A DNA stretch of 64,000 nucleotides from Tetramitus jugosus. Lineage: Eukaryota; Protista; Heterolobosea. The notes beneath the pieces were generated by a model. It did not search any database, was not told where the DNA came from, and worked only from the letters and a program-made list of their open reading frames with translations. Made by a program: the position numbers and the translations under genes. Position 1 is the stretch's first letter, and each line of letters starts with the position of its first letter. This document shows positions 1 through 11,687 of the stretch, one piece after another. The DNA is taken from the NCBI GenBank assembly GCA_937625935.1, contig OW569383.1:124001-188000 (forward strand), written 5' to 3'.

Positions 1-104
1 GGGGCATAGGTGTGCGGGAGGATGCCGCACGTAAAATGGATCCTTCACAATGGAGAGGCAAGAATTGGCTTGGTCTGGAGTTGACCCGAGTAAGAGATGA
101 TTTA

Positions 105-1309
105 TTAAAGTTGCGACAATAAACGAGTTCCAATAAAATTACAATTGTATGTAACTTTTATTGTGTTGTCACCTTCGCGAATCACGTTGGGGTTGCATAT
201 GTCTAGATTCAGTTTGATTGTTGTCAAAAGGACTGACTTGAAGTGAAAACGTGATCGGATTGAGACCCCGATTGTGATGAAATAGATGCATCCTTGACCA
301 ACGCATTCTCGGGCAATGATCGATGAATCTTTGACTTTGTTGTGTTCGTGTTCATGTCGTGAACACTGAACATGTTCTCTCCTACGCAATCAGATCTGAA
401 CTCTACCACAATATATCTACTCCATTCCACTTCGTCCAGAGGAGAAAGCAAAGTATCTTCTTGCACAATGGATCTTCTCCTCTTTTGTCTCATCTTGCTT
501 CGAACGTGTGAACCGACTTGAAAATCGGGTGAATCCATTGAGGAGAACACCAGCGAGCGACGCCTCTGTGAATTGTTGTAATGTTGAGAACTGACTGCGT
601 TCAGATGACCAACAAAGGCACAATCATTTGGCCAGACCATTCTCTTGAATTTTGCAACACATGGCTCACTCTGCTCCACGATATTAAAATCCTCCACATG
701 TTCCTTTGCTCCTTCATTTTCCTTCATGTTTTCATCTTCGAGCCACCTGTTCCAATGTTGACTAAAATGAACCAGCATCCGATAAAAATGACCTTCGCAA
801 CCAGGCTTGCACTCACTTTGATTACTATGGGTTGTATCGTGAACAGGAACAACAATCCACTGATTCTTCAAATCAGTCCAATCCACAAATTCCTTCATAT
901 TTTTCAATTCTTCGTGCTCAGTGTCGAATTTGAAAGCTTTCGCACGGTATTCGATGGAACGACTCGGTGCTTTATAGAGAACAGTGAACGTGTAGCACGG
1001 AACATCTTCGTCAGACTTTAGTTTCTTCTGGCTATCATCATAGTCGTGTTCACATGTTTCAATCTGAGAAATCACAAAAGCTTCAGGGATCACCGCACGA
1101 AGGTCCTCCGGTAATTGAATCATTGAAATCTCTTTGATAATTTCTTCGCTTGTGGTGGTTGTTGTCACGGGCGTTCCTACTTCAATCGACTGTTCAATGA
1201 ATTTGCTCCTTTTCATTAGTCTGTGTTGTTGATCCACGTCTTCGTTGTCCTTTTGCTCCAGATTCAAGAGCTTTCTCTTGTTGTCTATTGCAGTGTCGGT
1301 TTCTACCAT
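105..1309 (-). CDS. Uncharacterised protein (~389 aa), 2 exons; predicted 35-nt intron 203..237
   Basis: ORF 224..1309 (361 aa). A GTCAGT...CTGAATCTAG intron (minus strand, 237->203) joins it in frame to the protein-like tail of ORF 105..389 (...NICNPNVIREGDNTIKVTYNCNFIGTRLLSQL*). No family recognised. Confidence 0.65.
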
Positions 1310-1804
1310 TGTGGTTTTGTTAGAAGTTTTCGTTTGCTGCAGTAGTGATTGTAATTGTGTCAGTTTTGACGGAACTGTTTAGATTTTGTACAATATGATT
1401 AATGTTCTTCAGAACAACAAATGATAAGTTTTTGGGATAAGGATTCTGTCACCTAATGTACCGTCACGTTTCTCTTTGTTGCTCGTACAATGATTTCGTT
1501 GGGTTGGTGAGCTGATTGATTCTGCAAAACTCCATCTTTTTTGAGATCTGGAAAGAATTAAAAATATGCCATCTTGGTTCCGAAAGTCTATTTTCTAGCG
1601 CAGGATTTCAGTCAGAATGGAAACAAATGATTCCACGAGTCCCAAACATGGGCTTGCAAGGAATGGCCAACTGGGAACCAAATGAGTGTTTGTGCAGAGA
1701 CTGTTAATCATCACGCCTTCCTTCTTGTATGAATCAATATGAAGAGGACAAAATAATTTGTATTCAAATACACTGAAGTGAAAAAAGCGAAAACTCCTCA
1801 AGCT

Positions 1805-2356
1805 TTACTCCTCTTGTTCAGTTTTTTTGTCTTGGAGCATCTTTTCGATCGTAAAGGCGCTGACCAACACAGCGGCGCTGAACGCACCCGTTATCCACTT
1901 GACACGATTTGACAGTGGTGCCTTCACCAACATAAAACCACCCAATGGCAATATTGGCAAGCTTGAACCAACCAATGCACCGACACTGGCCATTGCACCT
2001 TCAGGAATAGCAGCCACACCATCAGAGAGAACATTACCAACGGCAGCACCAATGATTGGTCCATATCCACGAGCTCCAATCTTGGAAGCGAGCCAAGCAT
2101 CAATACTCAATCCAAAAAGTGCACTCATGACAAGCATACTGCCATCAATACTTCCAAATCTCAAAAACCGAAACATGTTGGATTGGAAGAAGGATTGTTT
2201 GGACACAAAGGTCGTTTTAAATGTTTCATCCTCTGGGGCAAGACGAGGAGTTGTTGTTGTTGTTGTTGAACCAGTCACAACTTGAGATGTCTGTTGTTGT
2301 TGTTGGTGATGTTGTTCGTGATGCACCATTGTGTAGTTCGTCTGTGGTTGTGGCAC
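1805..2356 (-). CDS. Small multi-pass membrane protein, TMEM65/VIT1-like glycine-zipper type
   Basis: FLRFGSIDGSML and IGAAVGNVLSDGVA resemble TMEM65 motifs (FIGFGFLDNAIM, AAALGNLVSDLAG); 3-4 hydrophobic segments follow a low-complexity N-terminus. Confidence 0.55.
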   Translation of the reverse strand: MPQPQTNYTMVHHEQHHQQQQQTSQVVTGSTTTTTTPRLAPEDETFKTTFVSKQSFFQSNMFRFLRFGSIDGSMLVMSALFGLSIDAWLASKIGARGYGPIIGAAVGNVLSDGVAAIPEGAMASVGALVGSSLPILPLGGFMLVKAPLSNRVKWITGAFSAAVLVSAFTIEKMLQDKKTEQEE

Positions 2357-3214
2357 GTCGGTCTGTCTGTTGTGGCTTTTTTGTTTGTGTGAACTTGTAT
2401 TGGCGGGATTCTGTGTTTACCCACAAAAAGCGCGCTCAAAAGAGAAAGTCTCACTGGCCAGGAAGTGATACAAGGACAGCGAGGTGATCATATGTGAAAC
2501 TTTACAAAAGGATGGAAGAACTATGATCAAAGGTACTGTGTCATGTTTTGTTCACAAGTGATTGATCTTTTGCAAATCAAAAGAACCAATAGAGATCAAA
2601 TTGAACAAGAGGTGTTTGAATTTCACGCTTCGGAGGTGAACGAGTGAAGGGTCTTCACCCAAGTTGAGCCAAGCATACACATGGATATGAGGAAAGTGAA
2701 TGAGGAGATCCTCATTTGAATCAAGAACAAAAAGTTGAAACGGACAAAGCTAAATCACCGACCGTAATTTAACCGACAAAATCCGTTTTGTCTCGAAGAC
2801 AACCACAGACTTGTGAGTGAACAGAAATTCTGGTTACATGCAGTCACATGAACAGAAGACCTCACAAGCAAGAAGTTTTTGAGCCCATGCTCAAAACAAT
2901 TATTTCTTCTTCATTCTGTCGACACGATTGCATTTTTTCCAATGTTGATCCCGCTCCTTCGTTACAATAAGAGTCAACCGACGAGATTCGCCCGCCGTTA
3001 AACGATCAAAAAAAAACGATCACACACAGAAACCAAGTTACAACTAACCCACACAATTACCCAAAGTTCAACACTCGTCTAGAATACAAAAATCGAAATT
3101 TCTTTCTTCCAAAAAAACGAACTGAAAATTTTTCGTTTTTTTACATGAACTTGATCACATAATCAGACAAACAAATCACACATCAACAACACCACCGCAC
3201 GAATACACTGTAAA

Positions 3215-5513
3215 ATGTCAGAACAACCAACAACAGCAGAGACAACCATACCTGCTACTGAACAACAACAACAACCAGCACTCTTGAACGAAGAAGCAAC
3301 AACAACACCAACTCACACAACAAACTTTGACCAACAACAATCATCAGCCACAACCGTGAATGACAACAACAAGAGAGGTCGTGAATCTGAAGTCGAAGAA
3401 CCACAATCAACCAAAAAGCAACGAAGAACGAAATCATCAAAGAGCACATTAGACGATCACTCACCAGTCGCACCCAACACACCAGTCACACCAGCCACCA
3501 CTGGCAAGTCTAAACGAGCACGCAAACCAAACACTAAATATGCCGATGATCTTCCACCTATTGCAAGTCCGACTACCACTACCCCAACAACAACAACAAC
3601 AACATCAGCAGCTGCAACCACAGTAACAAGCCATGGTGCTCAAGGACTTGTCAATCCTACACTTGCTCTTTCATCGTCCAACAGTTCAAAGGGACCAATG
3701 GAAAAACAAGCACATCGCACATGCTTCAAACTATTAACAGCATTGAAGGGGCATCGTTGGGCATGGCCATTCAATCAACCAGTCGATCCAGTCTCACTAA
3801 ACATTCCAGATTATTTTACCATTGTGAAACAGCCAATGGATCTGGGCACCATTGAAAAGAAGATGATTGATGATTCGTACAAGACGATTCATGAGTTTGC
3901 TGCTGATGTGCGGCTCGTTTGGTACAATTGTCTCATTTATAATCAACCTGGTAGTGATGTCGTGAGAATGGCAGAGGTGCTGAGAGACTTTTTTGAGGCA
4001 AAGTTCAAGGTGATTGAGAGTCGATATGACACTCCATTGACTGCCACTGCTTCTGCTGTCGGTGATCAAACTACTTCACAACAAGAAGTCACCACTGGTG
4101 CCACAACAAGTGCGACTACTGCTCCTGCTGCTGCAGTGACACCAGCCACTACACCAAACAAATCACTTCAGAACAAACTAAGCAAACTCACATCCGGTAT
4201 TCCCACGACACCCATCTCCGCCCCACCGACTCCACTATCTACCACCACCACCGCCGCCGCTACTACTCCCATCTCCTCCACAGCATCGTCAACAAAGGGA
4301 CGATTGTCACCTACGACTGCTACACCTGCTTCAGTCACACCATCTGTCGCCAACAACAAGAGACGTCCATCCAATGCTGCTTTAACAGCCTCATCATTGG
4401 ATGCAAACATTGATTCGAGGCCAATGACCTATGACGAGATGGCTGAATTGAGTAAGCAAGTAGAGCAGTTGACCAGTCCAGATTTGGCCAAAGTGGTCGA
4501 TATTATCAGATCTAGGGCACCAAGAGCATCCTCTCAAGCAAGCAACTCTGAAATTGAAATTCATTTGAATGTTCTTGATCCTGTCACATTGAGAATGTTG
4601 GAGGCATTTGTCAAGGATTGTATAGCAGTGAGAAGACAGAAGGCAGAAGCGAGATCACGTGCTGCTGAACGAGCCGCAGAAACGAGAAGAATGAACCGAT
4701 TGAAGAAGGAACAAGAGAGTGGACTATTAAGTGCAAATAATAATAATAATAATCATGGTGAAGACGATGACAATAGCACCGCCGCCGCTATGAATACGAG
4801 CAATGTGAAGGAAGAGAGCGGAAGTGACACTGCAGAGAGTGGAAGTGATACAGAGAGCGATTCTAGCGATAGCGACTCTGATAGCGAGAGTGACAATGAG
4901 AAGAATATTCAACCATTGAGCGCGCAAGTGCAGAATGGGTCAATTGCAACCAATGCCGCTGCTTCCTCTGCAGGTAAATAAACCCATTTTTATGTGTACT
5001 CTATTTATGTGTTTTTAGCTATCTCCAATAGTACTGTTTCTTTTTTGTCATTGTCACATCATGATCATTGACACCAGTTTTCTTTGTATCGCAGGTGCAG
5101 ACGTTGTTCAGATTTCTCACATCGATGCGTGGAGCAAAATGAGCCAGAATGAGGAGCAAGCCAAGTTGTCACAGAACTCCAATGCAGGCAGCAATAGCTC
5201 TTGGCTCCAGTTCAGAGAAATGTCAGAGAATCAAAAGAAGAGAGAACAGGAGTTTGAGAACCTGAAGAGAGTGAAGGAGGAAGAGAATGCAAAGAAGAGA
5301 GAAATGGAGCTCCAAAAGATGAGAGAAAAGAGCAGCCAGCAACAACAACAATACAGTCAAAGTCAACAACATCCACAGCAATCCTACGACGAGGAAATTT
5401 CCTATCAATCCCAGAGAAGACAGAGCTTGTCAGAGGAAGAAGTCAGTGGTCAAGAAATGGTCGAAGTGAATCCTTATGGCAGCTTTGCGTCCTCTGGCAG
5501 CTTTGGCATGTAA
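3215..5513 (+). CDS. BET/GTE-family bromodomain and extra-terminal (ET) domain protein (~725 aa); intron 4974..5094
   Basis: Bromodomain (WAWPFNQPVDP...DYFTIVKQPMDLGTI...NCLIYN), ET domain (PMTYDEMAELSKQVEQL...EIEIHLNVLDPVTLRMLE) and an acidic Ser/Asp tract. A GTAAAT...TCGCAG intron joins it in frame to ORF 5061..5513 (coiled-coil C-terminus). Confidence 0.9.
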
Positions 5514-5694
5514 AGCATTTTTAACAACAATGAGCTGGCAAGCATACGTCGATCCAAACTTGGTCAATGAGGAAAGTGGGCAGCTGCCTCACTGCTGGAT
5601 TGATTGCCTGAAACCATGTACTATCTAATAAATTCACTACAATAACTAAAATTCGAACAAGTTTTATTTGGTATTATTTGGTGAAAACAACAGC

Positions 5695-6429
5695 TTAGGC
5701 AGCCTGAGCCAACGCAACCAAACTCCAATTCAATGCGTCACTCGTGTTCACTTCCATGTACTGCTTCACAACACGCACAGTGTCTTGCAAGACTGTTGCA
5801 GGTGAACTGGCACCATGATTCACTGGGTTGGGTCTTCTGCCATCCAACTCGTACAAGTGTCCATCTTTCTGAACAAAGCAAACAAAGTGCAAATTCGTGT
5901 CCATATCAATATTACCACTGCCTTCACTGGCACTCTCGGAATGTGCCACTTCAACCTTGTCGTCCCTCTCGAGCAACACTGCTCTCTCAGCAGGATCACT
6001 CGAACTGCTCTGATTCATGAATTGACTAAAGAAACCATCGCGATCAAATTCAATCTGATCACTATTGTTTGCAATGGCATGAATGATACCAACAGTACCA
6101 CATGCATTGCCAATCGTCTGCTTCATAAAATACAAGTCCTTGCTCACGTGTTGACCATTTTCGGTGATGGAGAGGTCGCGGGTTCGATTCACCTCTTCGC
6201 TCTCCTTTGTCAACGGATAGAGCAACAAGACAGCAAGCACTGGCTGTGGTACCATCATTAACAACTCATCATCCAATCCAAACACATCTGTAAAGCAGAA
6301 TTGATCCGTATTCTTGACACCTAGCTTTGCAATGTAATTGTTCATGATATCAGGGTTGGACTCAAGTGGAAACCAGTGCTTGTTTCTTCCTTGTTGTTGT
6401 TCTTGTTCTTGTTGTTGTTGAGAGGCCAT
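5695..6429 (-). CDS. UCHL3: Ubiquitin C-terminal hydrolase (peptidase C12, UCH-L1/L3 type)
   Basis: WFPLESNP, catalytic QTIGNACGT, and HFVCFV...LYELDGRR. First ATG at 6429. Confidence 0.93.
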   Translation of the reverse strand: MASQQQQEQEQQQGRNKHWFPLESNPDIMNNYIAKLGVKNTDQFCFTDVFGLDDELLMMVPQPVLAVLLLYPLTKESEEVNRTRDLSITENGQHVSKDLYFMKQTIGNACGTVGIIHAIANNSDQIEFDRDGFFSQFMNQSSSSDPAERAVLLERDDKVEVAHSESASEGSGNIDMDTNLHFVCFVQKDGHLYELDGRRPNPVNHGASSPATVLQDTVRVVKQYMEVNTSDALNWSLVALAQAA

Positions 6430-7004
6430 TGTTTTTTCCAAAAAGTTGTTCAAGTTGTTTTTTGATGTCTCTCTCTTCAGTTTTGGTTTTGTAGTTGTTT
6501 GGTTTCAACAGAGAAAATCTTGCCAAAAATAACAAAAATTTCCAGGCTTTGTTCGAAAGAGGAGGAACATGAAGTTGGGCAACCACATTGGGGAAGGTTT
6601 TGTATTGCTCGAATACAATGGCTCTGCAAGGATCATTTCAACCAAGTAGAAGAAGTGCATGATGGAACGATTGGAATCTGGGCAGGGATAAATATAGGGT
6701 CGTTTTTAGTGGTGGGCCAAGAATGGTTCCGTGGGACGAGATTTTGAAAAAAGAATACTATTTCTCTTCTAATTATCTCTTATGGTGAGGACACCACCAC
6801 GCAACATATTCACCATTCCTCTTCCATAACAAAAGAATCAATCACTTTCTCCAAGAGTATTATCACCCCAGTACAATCTTAAAGAGTTTACTCACAGAAC
6901 AAACATAGCCGTCATTGGTTTCAAGTGCAAGACTCACAAACAATTTCAAAAGCAACAGCTCATACACTTGTAATTTAAAAAAATTGTAAACAAAGCAATC
7001 AACG

Positions 7005-7520
7005 ATGGTAGAAACAAGCATCCAAAACGACAATAGCCCCACCAGCAGCAACATTATCAAAGATGACACATCTGACCTCCTGAGTTTCAATACTGGCTTC
7101 GCAGAACAAAAGAAGAAGGAGATTCAAGATCGAATCCAAGAACAATTTCAAAACAACACACTAGTGGTGCACGTCGAGAGTCCATCCGATGCCAAAGAAA
7201 TTGAGGAACTCGAGAGAGAAACAGAGCTAAAGTATGCCGCATCTTCACCCAGTGACTTTGAAGACGGTCATGAACCCTCGCGCTCCAAGAACCACATCAT
7301 GCATCAACAACAACAGAATCAACAAGCGTACAGCACTGTTGACTTGGACGGAGGATACGATGCAGAGATGCTACTAGAGGAGGGAAGGGCAAAGCATGAA
7401 GAGAACACTCATTCAATCAGTTCTCGTTCTAGAAAGAGAAAGTATCTGTTGGCTTCTCTGATTTCTGTTGGCATCTTCTTGCTCATCATGTTCTTTGTGT
7501 TCATCGTGACCTTGGCATAA
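7005..7520 (+). CDS. Uncharacterised tail-anchored membrane protein (171 aa)
   Basis: Acidic hydrophilic body, then a basic patch (RSRKRK) and a single hydrophobic helix at the C-terminus (YLLASLISVGIFLLIMFFVFIVTLA*). Confidence 0.7.
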   Translation: MVETSIQNDNSPTSSNIIKDDTSDLLSFNTGFAEQKKKEIQDRIQEQFQNNTLVVHVESPSDAKEIEELERETELKYAASSPSDFEDGHEPSRSKNHIMHQQQQNQQAYSTVDLDGGYDAEMLLEEGRAKHEENTHSISSRSRKRKYLLASLISVGIFLLIMFFVFIVTLA

Positions 7521-7934
7521 AACGAATCGTTATCCCCAATGGACCCATCACATGACATGGATGGAATAGGTCCTTGTTGGAACAGTAAAATTCAAATGAA
7601 CTCTTATATTAATTTGTTCCATTATGGTGGAATCGATTAGCCCAATGTCCAATTGTGACCTACCCAATACAGTTCAATGCTTGGTTTGTGGGGTATGTTC
7701 CACTTCCCCCCATTCTAAGCTGTGATATCATCAACAATTCGTTTTTGGTCATGCAACGATGTAATGGCTAAAATATGTCCAAATAAAGCCTTCCAATACG
7801 AATCTTTGGTTATTATGATTTGAATTTGATGACTAGTCATTGTTTGAGTGCGATTGTTTATGATTGATAGAAGAACTGGTGTCAACAAAAAAGTGGAACT
7901 TCAACAACACGAATAACAAGCAACACACGAACAA

Positions 7935-10700
7935 ATGAATGCACAAGTCAATTTTGATCCAAGTATATTGGTATTCACAAGAGTGAATGACATTCATTAC
8001 TTCAATCTGACAAGTCTCATTAAGAACTACTGCACTAGAAGTGACAAGAAGCCGAAGAATTTCAAACCACAACAAAGTGCAGCATATAAACCAGTTGGTA
8101 TGATGATTGGCAATCATAAATACGTGGATAAAAAATGGTTACATCAATTCTTGCAGAGTGAATTGTGCTCAGTTCGTGATTCATATATAAGCTATCTTGT
8201 TTCAATTATGACCGAAAAGTTAAATGAAGATAATTTAGTGAATTCAAACAATTCAGAAGCAACTGGATCTGCTATTCCACTTGGTCATGTAGACATGAAG
8301 AAGTTATTCAATTTAAACTGTGCCAAATGTAACAATCATACTGTATCACCAACGAGCGGCAGAAGACCTTACAAATTAGTTAAAGAAATGGATGATGCAG
8401 GTCATAAAAAACAAACAGTTACTCGTTTGATGTGCGGTGTCGTTGAACTTTTAGAGTCGAATGGCCAATAATTGGAAGCCATTCTTGAACTATATTTTCA
8501 ATATCATCCAGAAATTTTCTATAAGATCATCGATAGTTTCATCAGAGATCAAACTGGAAAGGTGTCCAAACGATCCAATAGGTATTCAACTATCAACCAG
8601 ATTTTGAAAGAAGCAAATCCACTAAGAACAGATAAGTTTTCAATTTTGTATATGAAAGACCATTATATGATCAGCGATGGTTTACTGCAGGGTGTTCGAG
8701 GTTATACTAATTTGAATGATATACCTCATGAGTCAACGCTCAAGCGAACGAGAATTAATGTGAATAATGAAATAGAGGAAAAGTATAGTGTCACAAAAAT
8801 TATGGATGGACTACAGATTGAACTAGACAAAGCAATAGCTGATATGCACAAAATTCATAAAAGAGCATTGAAAGAACTGCAGCAGGTGCGTCACACTCAT
8901 TCTGATAATTGTTGTACCAGTTCAAACAAGCACCAGAGACATCACATTCATTCTGCTATTTGTTGTTGTCACAGAGATTCTATGTATACTCCAGATGGTC
9001 CAAGAGAAGTGTCTATTGAAGGAAAGCTGTCATTTGATGGTGGAGCAAACGCATATACGACAATGACTTTCACGCCATTGAACCTCTCTACTTTTGCAAC
9101 TCAATCAAGAGACTCGTGTATTTGCTGCGCCTCGTATGTTGGATCAGAAACTGAGAAGGATGTGGACACCAGGTTCAAGCCTATATTCGAACAAATTCAG
9201 AAGTGGATAGAAAATGGATTCACTCAAGATCAAGTTGAATTCAAGTTAAAGTTATTTTTAGTTAATGATCTGAAGGCTCTATCTCTTATATCTGATGTGT
9301 TCAAGAATGGTCTGTTCTGTCCATTTTGCATGTGCAAGAAAGCTGAAAGACATTTATTTCAAAAGGATCACGCAGCTAGAATGTTGAATATGAAATACAA
9401 AATGGATGTCGTTATTATGATCTGTATTCTACATTTGAAGATGAGAACTGTATGCAATCTTCTGTCACAAATTCTGTTGAGATCTCGTGAGGAGCAACCA
9501 TTGCATGAGCAGCTGAAAGAGAACATCAGAAAGTTAAATGGATGTTCGCAGTTTGATTTTCGTGCTCGAGAGAATGATCCAGATGATGATGACTTCGATC
9601 AGAGCAACATCAAGTTACCATATCTGAATGGCAGTCAAGTGAATGAGATTCTTCATAACTTTGAGAGTGTGCTGGATGGTATTGCAGATCCAGCGGAGCT
9701 TACAATCTGGAAAATTCATCGATATGTTATGTACAGATATGTAGAGGCATCTAGCAAAGAGATTGAAGAGTTAGACATGGAGCTTCTGCAGCAACTGCTC
9801 AAAACACTCGGAAGTCTCCTCAGATTCAGATATCCAGCGAGCAAATTTGCCTATTACTTTCATATTATGATCAAACATTTGCCGGAATTGCTGGTGCAGC
9901 ATGGATCTTTGTGCAGATATTCGAATGAAGGAACAGAGAATGTCCACTCTATGCACATGAAAGCCAAGACACGAGCTACAAGTGCAGGTGGTAAAGCTGC
10001 AAAGAGTGGCGTTGCTAGAAAGACTCAGTTTGAGCAAACATTCTATCAAGGCCTCAGAAAGATATATCTACCAGCACAGCATGAACATATAAAGTGGCTG
10101 GGCAAACACTCTGAATATATGGAGCCTATAGATGATAATGGTAACAGCGATGACGAATTCGTTGATGAAACAGATGAAACTAACAGCAAAAAGAAGAAGA
10201 ATGATCCACGAAAGCTCCTATTGAACAAATTGGAGAACTGGAAATTGATTGTACTACTGGATTTGCTCCAGATGGGTGATGATATAGAGGGATATATGCA
10301 ACAATATGTATCTGAACTACCACAATCAACAGAGAAGGCATATGTACCAATTGGAAACAGTACCAGCATTGATTCGTCTCAACAGAATGGCCCTATTCCA
10401 GAAATGAATAATCCATTTGTTCCACAGATGCCACCACAATTCCAGCAGCAGTATCCATTGATACAATACGGATCTCAACAGTACTCAACACAGCAGTTCC
10501 AGCCACAACTTGCACCAGTTGTGCAAGAGCAACAACAGTTCCAGCCACAGTATCCATTGTATGTGACAACTGACAATAACTCTAATAAGAGGCAGAGAAT
10601 TGATCCAGATTTGATGAGAAACACACGTGCGTATAGTGGAGCTAATGATTCTTTCCTACAGACGCTTATTGGCAACATCAATAATGCTCGAAGTGTATGA
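7935..10700 (+). CDS. RAG1/Transib-like DDE transposase (~920 codons) interrupted by one in-frame TAA at 8469..8471 (possible pseudogene)
   Basis: ORFs 7935..8471 and 8472..10700 are one frame. Motifs in RAG1 order: SGRRPYKLVKEM (NBD/GRP-like), KLSFDGG (D, 9036), LVNDLKAL (D, 9267), FCPFC, CILHLKMR, YYFHIMIKHLPELLVQHGSLCRYSNEGTENVH (HxxxxH and catalytic E at 9936; compare RAG1 [31 protein letters not shown]). Confidence 0.82.
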
Positions 10701-10754
10701 GTATATAATTACATTGCAGAAGTTGAAAAATGAATTGTTTACAATTAGTCCATA

Positions 10755-11687
10755 TTATGCAGTATCTATCCAACGATCACAAAATTTGAATTGTGACACT
10801 TGAGAGTACTTGCATGTAACTCTATCATCTTCTTCATTAATAATTAATACAATGGATTGGTACATGGATCTCATTTCTGCACTCCAGTCAACAACATTTC
10901 CATGATCACGAATGTGCCATCTGGATCCAAAATCAGGAAGAGTATTATTGAATCTATAATAATGCTTTGTGACATTCACTCTCACTCCATCTCTGATTGG
11001 GTGGAAAACTTTGGTTGTATGCTTACAATTGCTCTGTAGAGACATAAAATAATTGAACAGATAAAATGGACATTGACCTAGATGTAGATTGGTTCCATTC
11101 TTCGCAAAGCCAGGTTGCAATCTATTATTAAGGATCTTGGTTGCTGAACCTAGAAATTCTTGGATTCTGTGACAATCATACAATTTCTCAAACTCACCAC
11201 GAGTAATATTACATGCAGTGTTCTCTGGTTGAAAACTAATAGACTGGGTACGTGCTTGCTTCACTCTGCTCTTCAATACTTTCAAAGCACATGACACTTC
11301 AAAATATGCAATGCTTGGATCAGAATCATCAGATTGCTCAATGTAATTATCAATCTTCTGCTCAACAGATGCCATATTAACAGGTGCAACAATAGAAATT
11401 GGAACTGCACTTGATGCTGTATTATGGTTCATAGAATTGTTCAGGTACATGGAAGCGAAATATTGTTTGTAGTGAACTAGTTCCAGTTGGAGTTTGGTGA
11501 CACTTTGGTTCAATAACTGAATCTTCTTATTTGCAATTGATAGCTTCTCTTCAAGAATCTTCGTTGTAGTACGACACACAATCTTCTGTGATGTAGAGGA
11601 GACACGACCTCCCACACCCTTGCTCCTATGATCACCATTCAAGTTGGAAGTGTGTGCAAATGTCGTAGTGCTGTTTGATGCTGTCAT
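10755..11687 (-). CDS. Orphan protein (~310 aa from first ATG) convergent with the transposase; N-terminal coiled coil and globular C-terminal domain
   Basis: Long open frame. ATG at 11687 is preceded by the CAACA-rich leader seen before other genes here. Heptad segment LEEKLSIANKKIQLLNQSVTKLQLEL; no Kelch or PHD pattern visible. Confidence 0.7.
   Translation of the reverse strand: MTASNSTTTFAHTSNLNGDHRSKGVGGRVSSTSQKIVCRTTTKILEEKLSIANKKIQLLNQSVTKLQLELVHYKQYFASMYLNNSMNHNTASSAVPISIVAPVNMASVEQKIDNYIEQSDDSDPSIAYFEVSCALKVLKSRVKQARTQSISFQPENTACNITRGEFEKLYDCHRIQEFLGSATKILNNRLQPGFAKNGTNLHLGQCPFYLFNYFMSLQSNCKHTTKVFHPIRDGVRVNVTKHYYRFNNTLPDFGSRWHIRDHGNVVDWSAEMRSMYQSIVLIINEEDDRVTCKYSQVSQFKFCDRWIDTA

Noticed and set aside
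8469-8471. Alternative genetic code (TAA=Gln)
   Set aside because: TAA, TAG and TGA all terminate conserved genes here (UCH, DNA-PKcs and the TPR protein respectively), and long genes have no internal stops.
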